From NCBI GenBank assembly GCA_046563655.1, contig CM102287.1, positions 1 to 64,000 of the forward strand: 64,000 bases of DNA, in the 5' to 3' direction. Of the stretch, positions 36,656 through 48,853 are shown in pieces. Each line of letters opens with the position of its first letter. Position 1 is the stretch's first letter. This stretch comes from Yuukianura sp. NJ FZ-2021 (taxonomy: Eukaryota). The notes below the pieces were generated by a model. It saw nothing but the letters and a program-made list of their open reading frames with translations. It searched no databases and was not told the origin of the DNA. The translations under genes and the position numbers were made by a program.

Positions 36656-38094
36656 ATGGTAAGTTTTTATAATTAAACTTAACCTAATTAAACTAAATTA
36701 AACTAAAAACTAAAAATTATTTATTAAAATTTGTTTTTAGGAAAATTTTAGAATGTTGTTGGGCCACTTGGCAGTCGTTGTCCTGTTTGGAGCCACCGGG
36801 TTTGGGGATCCCCCCAAATGTGACCTGAACTGGCCCTGTGTTCAGTGTCTGGGGGAGCGATGCGCTTGGTCGAGGCGTGAAGACGGGGTGGGGGTATGCC
36901 ACCCCATTGGGGAGACCCCCAATGGGCGCTACATCTTCTCGTGGCTGCCCCCTGACACCCTCAAGTGTCCCCAGCCTGACCAGGCACGAGAAGGGGTCCC
37001 CGCGGGGGAGTGGGAGACTGCTGCAATCGTTTTGGCAGCGTGGTTGGCACGTAAGTTTTTTTTTATAAAATTGGAACGATACAGAGTAAGGTTTGTTGAC
37101 TTTGATTTTCTTTAACAGGTTGAGTAATACCTCATGTTTTTTTAATTTTGCAAAAATAGTGTCTTTCATTTCATGATATCGTAGTCATAACAATACAGCC
37201 GATTTTTTTTTTAAATTTTGCATACGAATTGGTACCATTTTTTTTTGTATTTGTACAAAAATTTGCACCAATTTCCGTTTTTTTTCATTTTTTTTTTGTC
37301 AACGAGGAAGGTAGTACTCAACCTGTTAAAGAAAATACAGACAAATCACTAATTCATGATTTGTCTGTTTCAGTAGTGACAACATGTGTCGTGGGTGCAG
37401 GGATTCGGTGGTTGATTGGGTGGGTTCGGGAGTGGAGGGAGCCCCACCAACACCGGGGATTTAGGCCCCGCCCACCAACACCACATCCAGCACCGCCTGC
37501 TGCTCCACGACGTGCCACCACTGCACCACCACAGATGCCCCACCGTCCAGCTCCACCAACTCCTGCAGCAGCAGCGACTGGCTTGGCCCCACCACCGTGG
37601 GGTGAGTACCCCAATCTGACCAGCCCCACGATGGTGCAGCATCTGGAGCCGTTACGGCAGTCGGAGAGGCTGGCTGCCAAGCGGCAGCATCCGGGATATT
37701 CCCGGCCAAGGCAAGGTTTGTTTTTGTTTTTATTAAGTAGCGAAAGCTACTTTATTCAGAATCTGCAATGCAATTTTATTTGCAAGTAAACAGAATGAGA
37801 GTGGAGAGTAGAGTGGAGAGTGCGGACGTAGAAGTAAGCACCTCTCTCCATTGTCATTCTGTTTGCTTGCAAAAAAAAACTGCATTGCAGATTTTTGCAA
37901 CTTTTTTTTAATCAAATTTTGTTTTTATTTCAGGTACCGGTACTAGGTACCAAGCACCCAGCACCAGCACCAATCCATTTCTTCGCGGGAACATGGTTTC
38001 GTTCCCGTTTGCGGTTACAAATCCGCAGTATTCAGCACTGGATCTAAATCCTACGGGATTAGTTTCCAGTGCTGAAGAAACGTCATTTGTTTAA
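36656..38094 (+). CDS. Membrane protein 3: signal peptide, Cys-rich (PSI-like) domain, TM helix, Pro-rich tail with YPNL, NPF, NPQY and terminal TSFV (4 exons)
   Basis: Introns 36659-36740, 37051-37373 and 37716-37933 join M|ENFRMLLGHLAVVVLFGATG..KCDLNWPCVQCLGERCAW..AAIVLAAWLA|LVTTCVVGAGIRWLIGWV..PRQ|GTGTRYQAPSTSTNPFLRG..TNPQYSAL..AEETSFV*. Confidence 0.75.
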
Positions 38095-38421
38095 TGGCAA
38101 ATGGGAATGAACCATGTTCATTAGGTTAGGTTTCTTTTTCCAGTTATTTTCAATTTCAAATTCAATGTTGTTCAAAAGAAGAGCTTAGCCAAATAAAGTA
38201 CAAGGCATAACATTGAATTTGAAACTGAAAATAGCTGGAAAACGATAGTTAGTTTAAAAATTTTGCACAGTTTTCCAAAAATTTTCACTTTTTTGCAAAA
38301 ATAAAATTATTCGCGGCCCACCATTTACTTGTAGTTGTTTTTTTATTGGCTTTCCTCAAGTTAGCCACCACAGTCTTGTGGGATAGGAGAAGAGTAAAAA
38401 ACAAGGGGGATGGGAATTGGC

Positions 38422-38688
38422 GCGAGTTCGAATCTCGGAAATATTTTTTTTTATGTTTTTTTTTAAATAAATAAATCATAGACAATTAAAAATAATTAAT
38501 TTAAAATCAATAATACATTTCTTTTTTTTAATTTATATTTTTAGAAACTAATTACAATTTTATACTTTTTATTTTTCTTCTCTGTTGCACTTCGTCACCC
38601 ACCACTGACCGGGGTGAATGGACAGGGGCTGGGGATGTGGGGAGGGGGGCTTGACCTATTTTCTATTGATAAACACTTATAACTAACT
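38422..38688 (-). repeat. Right terminal inverted repeat
   Basis: Reverse complement of 16641-16897 with a few mismatches/indels in the outer 110 bp. Confidence 0.93.
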
Positions 38689-40251
38689 AGTATGTTTAAA
38701 ACTTCGTTGTATAGTTCCCACATTAGTTTATACCAAAATGACAGTTAGGTTTATGCACTTGTTGCATAGTGGAGTTGGGCTAAAATATAATTCCAGATTA
38801 TTGTTGAACACCAGTTATTCAGTTGTGCTTTATTGGAAGTGCAAGGTGGTAGTATGACATAAAAAATTATTTCCTAAAAATTCTAATCAAGATAACAAAT
38901 AATGCGGAATGTTTCATTTTGATTTAGACATTGTAATAATGGGATTTCCCCTGAAGTTCCATTGCCGTCTGAGTCATTGTGATTCATAGTGTCAAAATGA
39001 GTACTGGTTGGTATCTGTAGTGAGGACGAGCTTGTCATTTCACCGGCACTTCTCCTTTGTGCTCAAAGATGAAGGCTGACAACAAGTGGTTCACCGTGTG
39101 TAATAGTCGTTGATGCACTACGACAAAGTGGACCGGTATTAGATGCGTTCCATGAAGATGGTTAGAAGCGATAACAAGGCATAAATTCCATTTTTCAGTA
39201 TGTTTAAAACTTCGTTGTATAGTTCCCACATTAGTTTATACCAAAATGACAGTTAGGTTTATGCACTTGTTGCATAGTAGAGTTGGGCTAAAATATAATT
39301 CCAGATTATTGTTGAACACCAGTTATTCAGTTGTGCTTTATTGGAAGTGCAAGGTGGTAGTATGACATAAAAGATTATTTCCTAAAAATTCTAATCAAGA
39401 TAACAAATAATGCGGAATGTTTCATTTTGATTTAGACATTGTAATAATGGGATTTCCCTGAAGTTCCATTGCCGTCTGAGTCATTGTGATTCATAGTGTC
39501 AAAATGAGTACTGGTTGGTATCTGTAGTGAGGACGAGCTTGTCATTTCACCGGCACTTCTCCTTTGTGCTCAAAGATGAAGGCTGACAACAAGTGGTTCA
39601 CCGTGTGTAATAGTCGTTGATGCACTACGACAAAGTGGACCGGTATTAGATGCGTTCCATGAAGATGGTTAGAAGCGATAACAAGGCATAAATTCCATTT
39701 TTCAGTATGTTTAAAACTTCGTTGTATAGTTCCCACATTAGTTTATACCAAAATGACAGTTAGGTTTATGCACTTGTTGCATAGTGGAGTTGGGCTAAAA
39801 TATAATTCCAGATTATTGTTGAACACCAGTTATTCAGTTGTGCTTTATTGGAAGTGCAAGGTGGTAGTATGACATAAAAAATTATTTCCTAAAAATTCTA
39901 ATCAAGATAACAAATAATGCGGAATGTTTCATTTTGATTTAGACATTGTAATAATGGGATTTCCCCTGAAGTTCCATTGCCGTCTGAGTCATTGTGATTC
40001 ATAGTGTCAAAATGAGTACTGGTTGGTATCTGTAGTGAGGACGAGCTTGTCATTTCACGGCACTTCTCCTTTGTGCTCAAAGATGAAGGCTGACAAAAAG
40101 TGGTTCACCGTGTGTAATAGTCGTTGATGCACTACGACAAAGTGAACCGGTATTAGATGCGTTCCATGAAGATGGTTAGAAGCGATAACAAGGCATAAAT
40201 TCCATTTTTCAGTAGGTTTAAAACTTCGTTGTATAGTTCCCACATTAGTTT

Positions 40252-40462
40252 TGTGCCGGTAGGATGCTGGGTGACCTCTGACCTAACGGTGCTGGATGAT
40301 GATGATGATGGAATGAGTGGCCGTAGAGAGACAGACAGAGCAGATGATGATAGAAGCAGAGCTTTATTCAGACTGAGTGAATGAATGGAATGAATGTATG
40401 TGCAGTAGCCTATGCTTAGCCTATGAGGGGTGAGATGGGTGCTGTGTATGGGGTGTGCTACA
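40252..40462 (-). mobile_element. Solo-LTR-like insert, copy 3
   Basis: As copy 1. Confidence 0.75.
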
Positions 40463-41990
40463 GTTTATACCAAAATGACAGTTAGATTTATGCACTTGTT
40501 GCATAGTGGAGTTGGGCTAAAATATAATTCCAGATTATTGTTGAACACCAGTTATTCAGGTGTGCTTTATTGGAAGTGCAGGGTTGTTGTACGACATAAA
40601 AAATTATTTCCTAAAAATTCTAATCAAGATAACAAATAATGCGGAATGTTTCATTTTGATTTAGACAATGTAATAATGGGATTTCCCCTGAAGTTCCATT
40701 GCCCTCTGAGTCATTGTGATTCATAGTGTCAAAATGAGTACTGGTTGGTATCTGTAGTGAGGACGAGCTTGTCATTTCACCAGCACTTCTCCTTTGTGCT
40801 CAAAGATGAAGGCTGACAACAAGTGGTTCACCGTGTGTAATAGTCGTTGATGCACTACGACAAAGTGGACCGGTATTAGATGCGTTCCATGAAGATGGTT
40901 AGAAGCGATAACAAGGCATAAATTCCATTTTTCAGTATGTTTAAAACTTCGTTGTATAGTTCCCACATTAGTTTATACCAAAATGACAGTTAGGTTTATG
41001 CACTTGTTGCATAGTGGAGTTGGGCTAAAATATAATTCCAGATTATTGTTGAACACCAGTTATTCAGTTGTGCTTTATTGGAAGTGCAAGGTGGTAGTAT
41101 GACATAAAAAATTATTTCCTAAAAATTCTAATCAAGATAACAAATAATGCGGAATGTTTCATTTTGATTTAGACATTGTAATAATGGGATTTCCCCTGAA
41201 GTTCCATTGCCGTCTGAGTCATTGTGATTCATAGTGTCAAAATGAGTACTGGTTGGTATCTGTAGTGAGGACGAGCTTGTCATTTCACCGGCACTTCTCC
41301 TTTGTGCTCAAAGATGAAGGCTGACAACAAGTGGTTCACCGTGTGTAATAGTCGTTGATGCACTACGACAAAGTGGACCGGTATTAGATGCGTTCCATGA
41401 AGATGGTTAGAAGCGATATCAAGGCATAAATTCCATTTTTCAGTATGTTTAAAACTTCGTTGTATAGTTCCCACATTAGTTTATACCAAAATGACAGTTA
41501 GGTTTATGCACTTGTTGCATAGTGGAGTTGGGCTAAAATATAATTCCAGATTATTGTTGAACACCAGTTATTCAGTTGTGCTTTATTGGAAGTGCAAGGT
41601 GGTAGTATGACATAAAAAATTATTTCCTAAAAATTCTAATCAAGATAACAAATAATGCGGAATGTTTCATTTTGATTTAGACATTGTAATAATGGGATTT
41701 CCCCTGAAGTTCCATTGCCGTCTGAGTCATTGTGATTCATAGTGTCAAAATGAGTACTGGTTGGTATCTGTAGTGAGGACGAGCTTGTCATTTCACCGGC
41801 ACTTCTCCTTTGTGCTCAAAGATGAAGGCTGACAACAAGTGGTTCACCGTGTGTAATAGTCGTTGATGCACTACGACAAAGTGGACCGGTATTAGATGCG
41901 TTCCATGAAGATGGTTAGAAGCGATATCAAGGCATAAATTCCATTTTTCAGTATGTTTAAAACTTCGTTGTATAGTTCCCACATTAGTTT

Positions 41991-42201
41991 TGTGCCGGTA
42001 GGATGCTGGGTGACCTCTGACCTAACGGTGCTGGATGATGATGATGATGGAATGAGTGGCCGTAGAGAGACAGACAGAGCAGATGATGATAGAAGCAGAG
42101 CTTTATTCAGACTGAGTGAATGAATGGAATGAATGTATGTGCAGTAGCCTATGCTTAGCCTATGAGGGGTGAGATGGGTGCTGTGTATGGGGTGTGCTAC
42201 A
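41991..42201 (-). mobile_element. Solo-LTR-like insert, copy 4
   Basis: As copy 1. Confidence 0.75.
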
Positions 42202-43729
42202 GTTTATACCAAAATGACAGTTAGATTTATGCACTTGTTGCATAGTGGAGTTGGGCTAAAATATAATTCCAGATTATTGTTGAACACCAGTTATTCAGGT
42301 GTGCTTTATTGGAAGTGCAGGGTTGTTGTACGACATAAAAAATTATTTCCTAAAAATTCTAATCAAGATAACAAATAATGCGGAATGTTTCATTTTGATT
42401 TAGACAATGTAATAATGGGATTTCCCCTGAAGTTCCATTGCCCTCTGAGTCATTGTGATTCATAGTGTCAAAATGAGTACTGGTTGGTATCTGTAGTGAG
42501 GACGAGCTTGTCATTTCACCGGCACTTCTCCTTTGTGCTCAAAGATGAAGGCTGACAACAAGTGGTTCACCGCGTGTAATAGTCGTTGATGCACTACGAC
42601 AAAGTGGACCGGTATTAGATGCGTTCCATGAAGATGGTTAGAAGCGATAACAAGGCATAAATTCCATTTTTCAGTATGTTTAAAACTTCGTTGTATAGTT
42701 CCCACATTAGTTTATACCAAAGTGACAGTTAGGTTTATGCACTTGTTGCATAGTGGAGTTGGGCTAAAATATAATTCCAGATTATTGTTGAACACCAGTT
42801 ATTCAGTTGTGCTTTATTGGAAGTGCAAGGTGGTAGTATGACATAAAAAATTATTTCCTAAAAATTCTAATCAAGATAACAAATAATGCGGAATGTTTCA
42901 TTTTGATTTAGACATTGTAATAATGGGATTTCCCCTGAAGTTCCATTGCCGTCTGAGTCATTGTGATTCATAGTGTCAAAATGAGTACTGGTTGGTATCT
43001 GTAGTGAGGACGAGCTTGTCATTTCACCGGCACTTCTCCTTTGTGCTCAAAGATGAAGGCTGACAACAAGTGGTTCACCGTGTGTAATAGTCGTTGATGC
43101 ACTACGACAAAGTGGACCGGTATTAGATGCGTTCCATGAAGATGGTTAGAAGCGATATCAAGGCATAAATTCCATTTTTCAGTATGTTTAAAACTTCGTT
43201 GTATAGTTCCCACATTAGTTTATACCAAAATGACAGTTAGGTTTATGCACTTGTTGCATAGTGGAGTTGGGCTAAAATATAATTCCAGATTATTGTTGAA
43301 CACCAGTTATTCAGTTGTGCTTTATTGGAAGTGCAAGGTGGTAGTATGACATAAAAAATTATTTCCTAAAAATTCTAATCAAGATAACAAATAATGCGGA
43401 ATGTTTCATTTTGATTTAGACATTGTAATAATGGGATTTCCCCTGAAGTTCCATTGCCGTCTGAGTCATTGTGATTCATAGTGTCAAAATGAGTACTGGT
43501 TGGTATCTGTAGTGAGGACGAGCTTGTCATTTCACCGGCACTTCTCCTTTGTGCTCAAAGATGAAGGCTGACAACAAGTGGTTCACCGTGTGTAATAGTC
43601 GTTGATGCACTACGACAAAGTGGACCGGTATTAGATGCGTTCCATGAAGATGGTTAGAAGCGATATCAAGGCATAAATTCCATTTTTCAGTATGTTTAAA
43701 ACTTCGTTGTATAGTTCCCACATTAGTTT

Positions 43730-43940
43730 TGTGCCGGTAGGATGCTGGGTGACCTCTGACCTAACGGTGCTGGATGATGATGATGATGGAATGAGTGGCC
43801 GTAGAGAGACAGACAGAGCAGATGATGATAGAAGCAGAGCTTTATTCAGACTGAGTGAATGAATGGAATGAATGTATGTGCAGTAGCCTATGCTTAGCCT
43901 ATGAGGGGTGAGATGGGTGCTGTGTATGGGGTGTGCTACA
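43730..43940 (-). mobile_element. Solo-LTR-like insert, copy 5
   Basis: As copy 1. Confidence 0.75.
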
Positions 43941-44959
43941 GTTTATACCAAAATGACAGTTAGGTTTATGCACTTGTTGCATAGTGGAGTTGGGCTAAAA
44001 TATAATTCCAGATTATTGTTGAACACCAGTTATTCAGTTGTGCTTTATTGGAAGTGCAAGGTGGTAGTATGACATAAAAAATTATTTCCTAAAAATTCTA
44101 ATCAAGATAACAAATAATGCGGAATGTTTCATTTTGATTTAGACATTGTAATAATGGGATTTCCCTGAAGTTCCATTGCCGTCTGAGTCATTGTGATTCA
44201 TAGTGTCAAAATGAGTACTGGTTGGTATCTGTAGTGAGGACGAGCTTGTCATTTCACCGGCACTTCTCCTTTGTGCTCAAAGATGAAGGCTGACAACAAG
44301 TGGTTCACCGTGTGTAATAGTCGTTGATGCACTACGACAAAGTGGACCGGTATTAGATGCGTTCCATGAAGATGGTTAGAAGCGATATCAAGGCATAAAT
44401 TCCATTTTTCAGTATGTTTAAAACTTCGTTGTATAGTTCCCACATTAGTTTATACCAAAATGACAGTTAGGTTTATGCACTTGTTGCATAGTGGAGTTGG
44501 GCTAAAATATAATTCCAGATTATTGTTGAACACCAGTTATTCAGTTGTGCTTTATTGGAAGTGCAAGGTGGTAGTATGACATAAAAAATTATTTCCTAAA
44601 AATTCTAATCAAGATAACAAATAATGCGGAATGTTTCATTTTGATTTAGACATTGTAATAATGGGATTTCCCCTGAAGTTCCATTGCCGTCTGAGTCATT
44701 GTGATTCATAGTGTCAAAATGAGTACTGGTTGGTATCTGTAGTGAGGACGAGCTTGTCATTTCACCGGCACTTCTCCTTTGTGCTCAAAGATGAAGGCTG
44801 ACAACAAGTGGTTCACCGTGTGTAATAGTCGTTGATGCACTACGACAAAGTGGACCGGTATTAGATGCGTTCCATGAAGATGGTTAGAAGCGATATCAAG
44901 GCATAAATTCCATTTTTCAGTATGTTTAAAACTTCGTTGTATAGTTCCCACATTAGTTT

Positions 44960-45170
44960 TGTGCCGGTAGGATGCTGGGTGACCTCTGACCTAACGGTGC
45001 TGGATGATGATGATGATGGAATGAGTGGCCGTAGAGAGACAGACAGAGCAGATGATGATAGAAGCAGAGCTTTATTCAGACTGAGTGAATGAATGGAATG
45101 AATGTATGTGCAGTAGCCTATGCTTAGCCTATGAGGGGTGAGATGGGTGCTGTGTATGGGGTGTGCTACA
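44960..45170 (-). mobile_element. Solo-LTR-like insert, copy 6
   Basis: As copy 1. Confidence 0.75.
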
Positions 45171-46697
45171 GTTTATACCAAAATGACAGTTAGATTTATG
45201 CACTTGTTGCATAGTGGAGTTGGGCTAAAATATAATTCCAGATTATTGTTGAACACCAGTTATTCAGGTGTGCTTTATTGGAAGTGCAGGGTTGTTGTAC
45301 GACATAAAAAATTATTTCCTAAAAATTCTAATCAAGATAACAAATAATGCGGAATGTTTCATTTTGATTTAGACAATGTAATAATGGGATTTCTCCTAAA
45401 GTTCCATTGCCGTCTGAGTCATTGTGATTCATAGTGTCAAAATGAGTACTGGTTGGTATCTGTAGTGAGGACGAGCTTGTCATTTCACCGGCACTTCTCC
45501 TTTGTGCTCAAAGATGAAGGCTGACAACAAGTGGTTCACCGCGTGTAATAGTCGTTGATGCACTACGACAAAGTGGACCGGTATTAGATGCGTTCCATGA
45601 AGATGGTTAGAAGCGATAACAAGGCATAAATTCCATTTTTCAGTATGTTTAAAACTTCGTTGTATAGTTCCCACATTAGTTTATACCAAAGTGACAGTTA
45701 GGTTTATGCACTTGTTGCATAGTGGAGTTGGGCTAAAATATAATTCCAGATTATTGTTGAACACCAGTTATTCAGTTGTGCTTTATTGGAAGTGCAAGGT
45801 GGTAGTATGACATAAAAAATTATTTCCTAAAAATTCTAATCAAGATAACAAATAATGCGGAATGTTTCATTTTGATTTAGACATTGTAATAATGGGATTT
45901 CCCCTGAAGTTCCATTGCCGTCTGAGTCATTGTGATTCATAGTGTCAAAATGAGTACTGGTTGGTATCTGTAGTGAGGACGAGCTTGTCATTTCACCGGC
46001 ACTTCTCCTTTGTGCTCAAAGATGAAGGCTGACAACAAGTGGTTCACCGTGTGTAATAGTCGTTGATGCACTACGACAAAGTGGACCGGTATTAGATGCG
46101 TTCCATGAAGATGGTTAGAAGCGATATCAAGGCATAAATTCCATTTTTCAGTATGTTTAAAACTTCGTTGTATAGTTCCCACATTAGTTTATACCAAAAT
46201 GACAGTTAGGTTTATGCACTTGTTGCATAGTGGAGTTGGGCTAAAATATAATTCCAGATTATTGTTGAACACCAGTTATTCAGTTGTGCTTTATTGGAAG
46301 TGCAAGGTGGTAGTATGACATAAAAAATTATTTCCTAAAAATTCTAATCAAGATAACAAATAATGCGGAATGTTTCATTTTGATTTAGACATTGTAATAA
46401 TGGGATTTCCCTGAAGTTCCATTGCCGTCTGAGTCATTGTGATTCATAGTGTCAAAATGAGTACTGGTTGGTATCTGTAGTGAGGACGAGCTTGTCATTT
46501 CACCGGCACTTCTCCTTTGTGCTCAAAGATGAAGGCTGACAACAAGTGGTTCACCGTGTGTAATAGTCGTTGATGCACTACGACAAAGTGGACCGGTATT
46601 AGATGCGTTCCATGAAGATGGTTAGAAGCGATATCAAGGCATAAATTCCATTTTTCAGTATGTTTAAAACTTCGTTGTATAGTTCCCACATTAGTTT

Positions 46698-46908
46698 TGT
46701 GCCGGTAGGATGCTGGGTGACCTCTGACCTAACGGTGCTGGATGATGATGATGATGGAATGAGTGGCCGTAGAGAGACAGACAGAGCAGATGATGATAGA
46801 AGCAGAGCTTTATTCAGACTGAGTGAATGAATGGAATGAATGTATGTGCAGTAGCCTATGCTTAGCCTATGAGGGGTGAGATGGGTGCTGTGTATGGGGT
46901 GTGCTACA
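46698..46908 (-). mobile_element. Solo-LTR-like insert, copy 7
   Basis: As copy 1. Confidence 0.75.
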
Positions 46909-47420
46909 GTTTATACCAAAATGACAGTTAGGTTTATGCACTTGTTGCATAGTGGAGTTGGGCTAAAATATAATTCCAGATTATTGTTGAACACCAGTTA
47001 TTCAGTTGTGCTTTATTGGAAGTGCAAGGTGGTAGTATGACATAAAAAATTATTTCCTAAAAATTCTAATCAAGATAACAAATAATGCGGAATGTTTCAT
47101 TTTGATTTAGACATTGTAATAATGGGATTTCCCCTGAAGTTCCATTGCCGTCTGAGTCATTGTGATTCATAGTGTCAAAATGAGTACTGGTTGGTATCTG
47201 TAGTGAGGACGAGCTTGTCATTTCACCGGCACTTCTCCTTTGTGCTCAAAGATGAAGGCTGACAACAAGTGGTTCACCGTGTGTAATAGTCGTTGATGCA
47301 CTACGACAAAGTGGACCGGTATTAGATGCGTTCCATGAAGATGGTTAGAAGCGATATCAAGGCATAAATTCCATTTTTCAGTATGTTTAAAACTTCGTTG
47401 TATAGTTCCCACATTAGTTT

Positions 47421-47631
47421 TGTGCCGGTAGGATGCTGGGTGACCTCTGACCTAACGGTGCTGGATGATGATGATGATGGAATGAGTGGCCGTAGAGAGA
47501 CAGACAGAGCAGATGATGATAGAAGCAGAGCTTTATTCAGACTGAGTGAATGAATGGAATGAATGTATGTGCAGTAGCCTATGCTTAGCCTATGAGGGGT
47601 GAGATGGGTGCTGTGTATGGGGTGTGCTACA
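47421..47631 (-). mobile_element. Solo-LTR-like insert, copy 8
   Basis: As copy 1. Confidence 0.75.
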
Positions 47632-48651
47632 GTTTATACCAAAATGACAGTTAGATTTATGCACTTGTTGCATAGTGGAGTTGGGCTAAAATATAATTCC
47701 ACATTATTGTTGAACACCAGTTATTCAGGTGTGCTTTATTGGAAGTGCAAGGTGGTAGTATGACATAAAAAATTATTTCCTAAAAATTCTAATCAAGATA
47801 ACAAATAATGCGGAATGTTTCATTTTGATTTAGACATTGTAATAATGGGATTTCCCCTGAAGTTCCATTGCCGTCTGAGTCATTGTGATTCATAGTGTCA
47901 AAATGAGTACTGGTTGGTATCTGTAGTGAGGACGAGCTTGTCATTTCACCGGCACTTCTCCTTTGTGCTCAAAGATGAAGGCTGACAACAAGTGGTTCAC
48001 CGTGTGTAATAGTCGTTGATGCACTACGACAAAGTGGACCGGTATGAGATGCGTTCCATGAAGATGGTTAGAAGCGATATCAAGGCATAAATTCCATTTT
48101 TCAGTATGTTTAAAACTTCGTTGTATAGTTCCCACATTAGTTTATATCAAAATGACAGTTAGATTTATGCACTTGTTGCATAGTGGAGTTGGGCTAAAAT
48201 ATAATTCCAGATTATTGTTGAACACCAGTTATTCAGTTGTGCTTTATTGGAAGTGCAAGGTGGTAGTATGACATAAAAAATTATTTCCGAAAAATTCTAA
48301 TCAAGATAACAAATAATGCGGAATGTTTCATTTTGATTTAGACATTGTAATAATGGGATTTCCCCTGAAGTTCCATTGCCGTCTGAGTCATTGTGATTCA
48401 TAGTGTCAAAATGAGTACTGGTTGGTATCTGTAGTGAGGACGAGCTTGTCATTTCACCGGCACTTCTCCTTTGTGCTCAAAGATGAAGGCTGACAACAAG
48501 TGGTTCACCGTGTGTAATAGTCGTTGATGCACTACGACAAAGTGGACCGGTATTAGATGCGTTCCATGAAGATGGTTAGAAGCGATATCAAGGCATAAAT
48601 TCCATTTTTCAGTATGTTTAAAACTTCGTTGTATAGTTCCCACATTAGTTT

Positions 48652-48853
48652 TGTGCCGGTAGGATGCTGGGTGACCTCTGACCTAACGGTGCTGGATGAT
48701 GATGATGATGGAATGAGTGGCCGTAGAGAGACAGACAGAGCAGATGATGATAGAAGCAGAGCTTTATTCAGACTGAGTGAATGAATGTATGTGCAGTAGC
48801 CTATGCTTAGCCTATGAGGGGTGAGATGGGTGCTGTGTATGGGGTGTGCTACA
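48652..48853 (-). mobile_element. Solo-LTR-like insert, copy 9 (202 bp, 9-bp internal deletion)
   Basis: As copy 1 but lacks one GGAATGAAT unit. Confidence 0.75.

Larger units (their letters stand above)
16641..38688. mobile_element. Complete Polinton/Maverick (polintovirus) element, 22,048 bp
   Basis: Begins AGTTAGTTATAAG and ends CTTATAACTAACT; TIRs; 6-bp TSD AGTATG at 16635-16640 and 38689-38694; encodes pPolB, integrase, two capsid proteins and a Cys protease. Confidence 0.97.

Noticed and set aside
16641..38688. Decayed (pseudogenised) Polinton, as suggested by the fragmented ORF track
   Set aside because: Breaks coincide with canonical splice signals and restore conserved motifs in frame; the long genes are uninterrupted.
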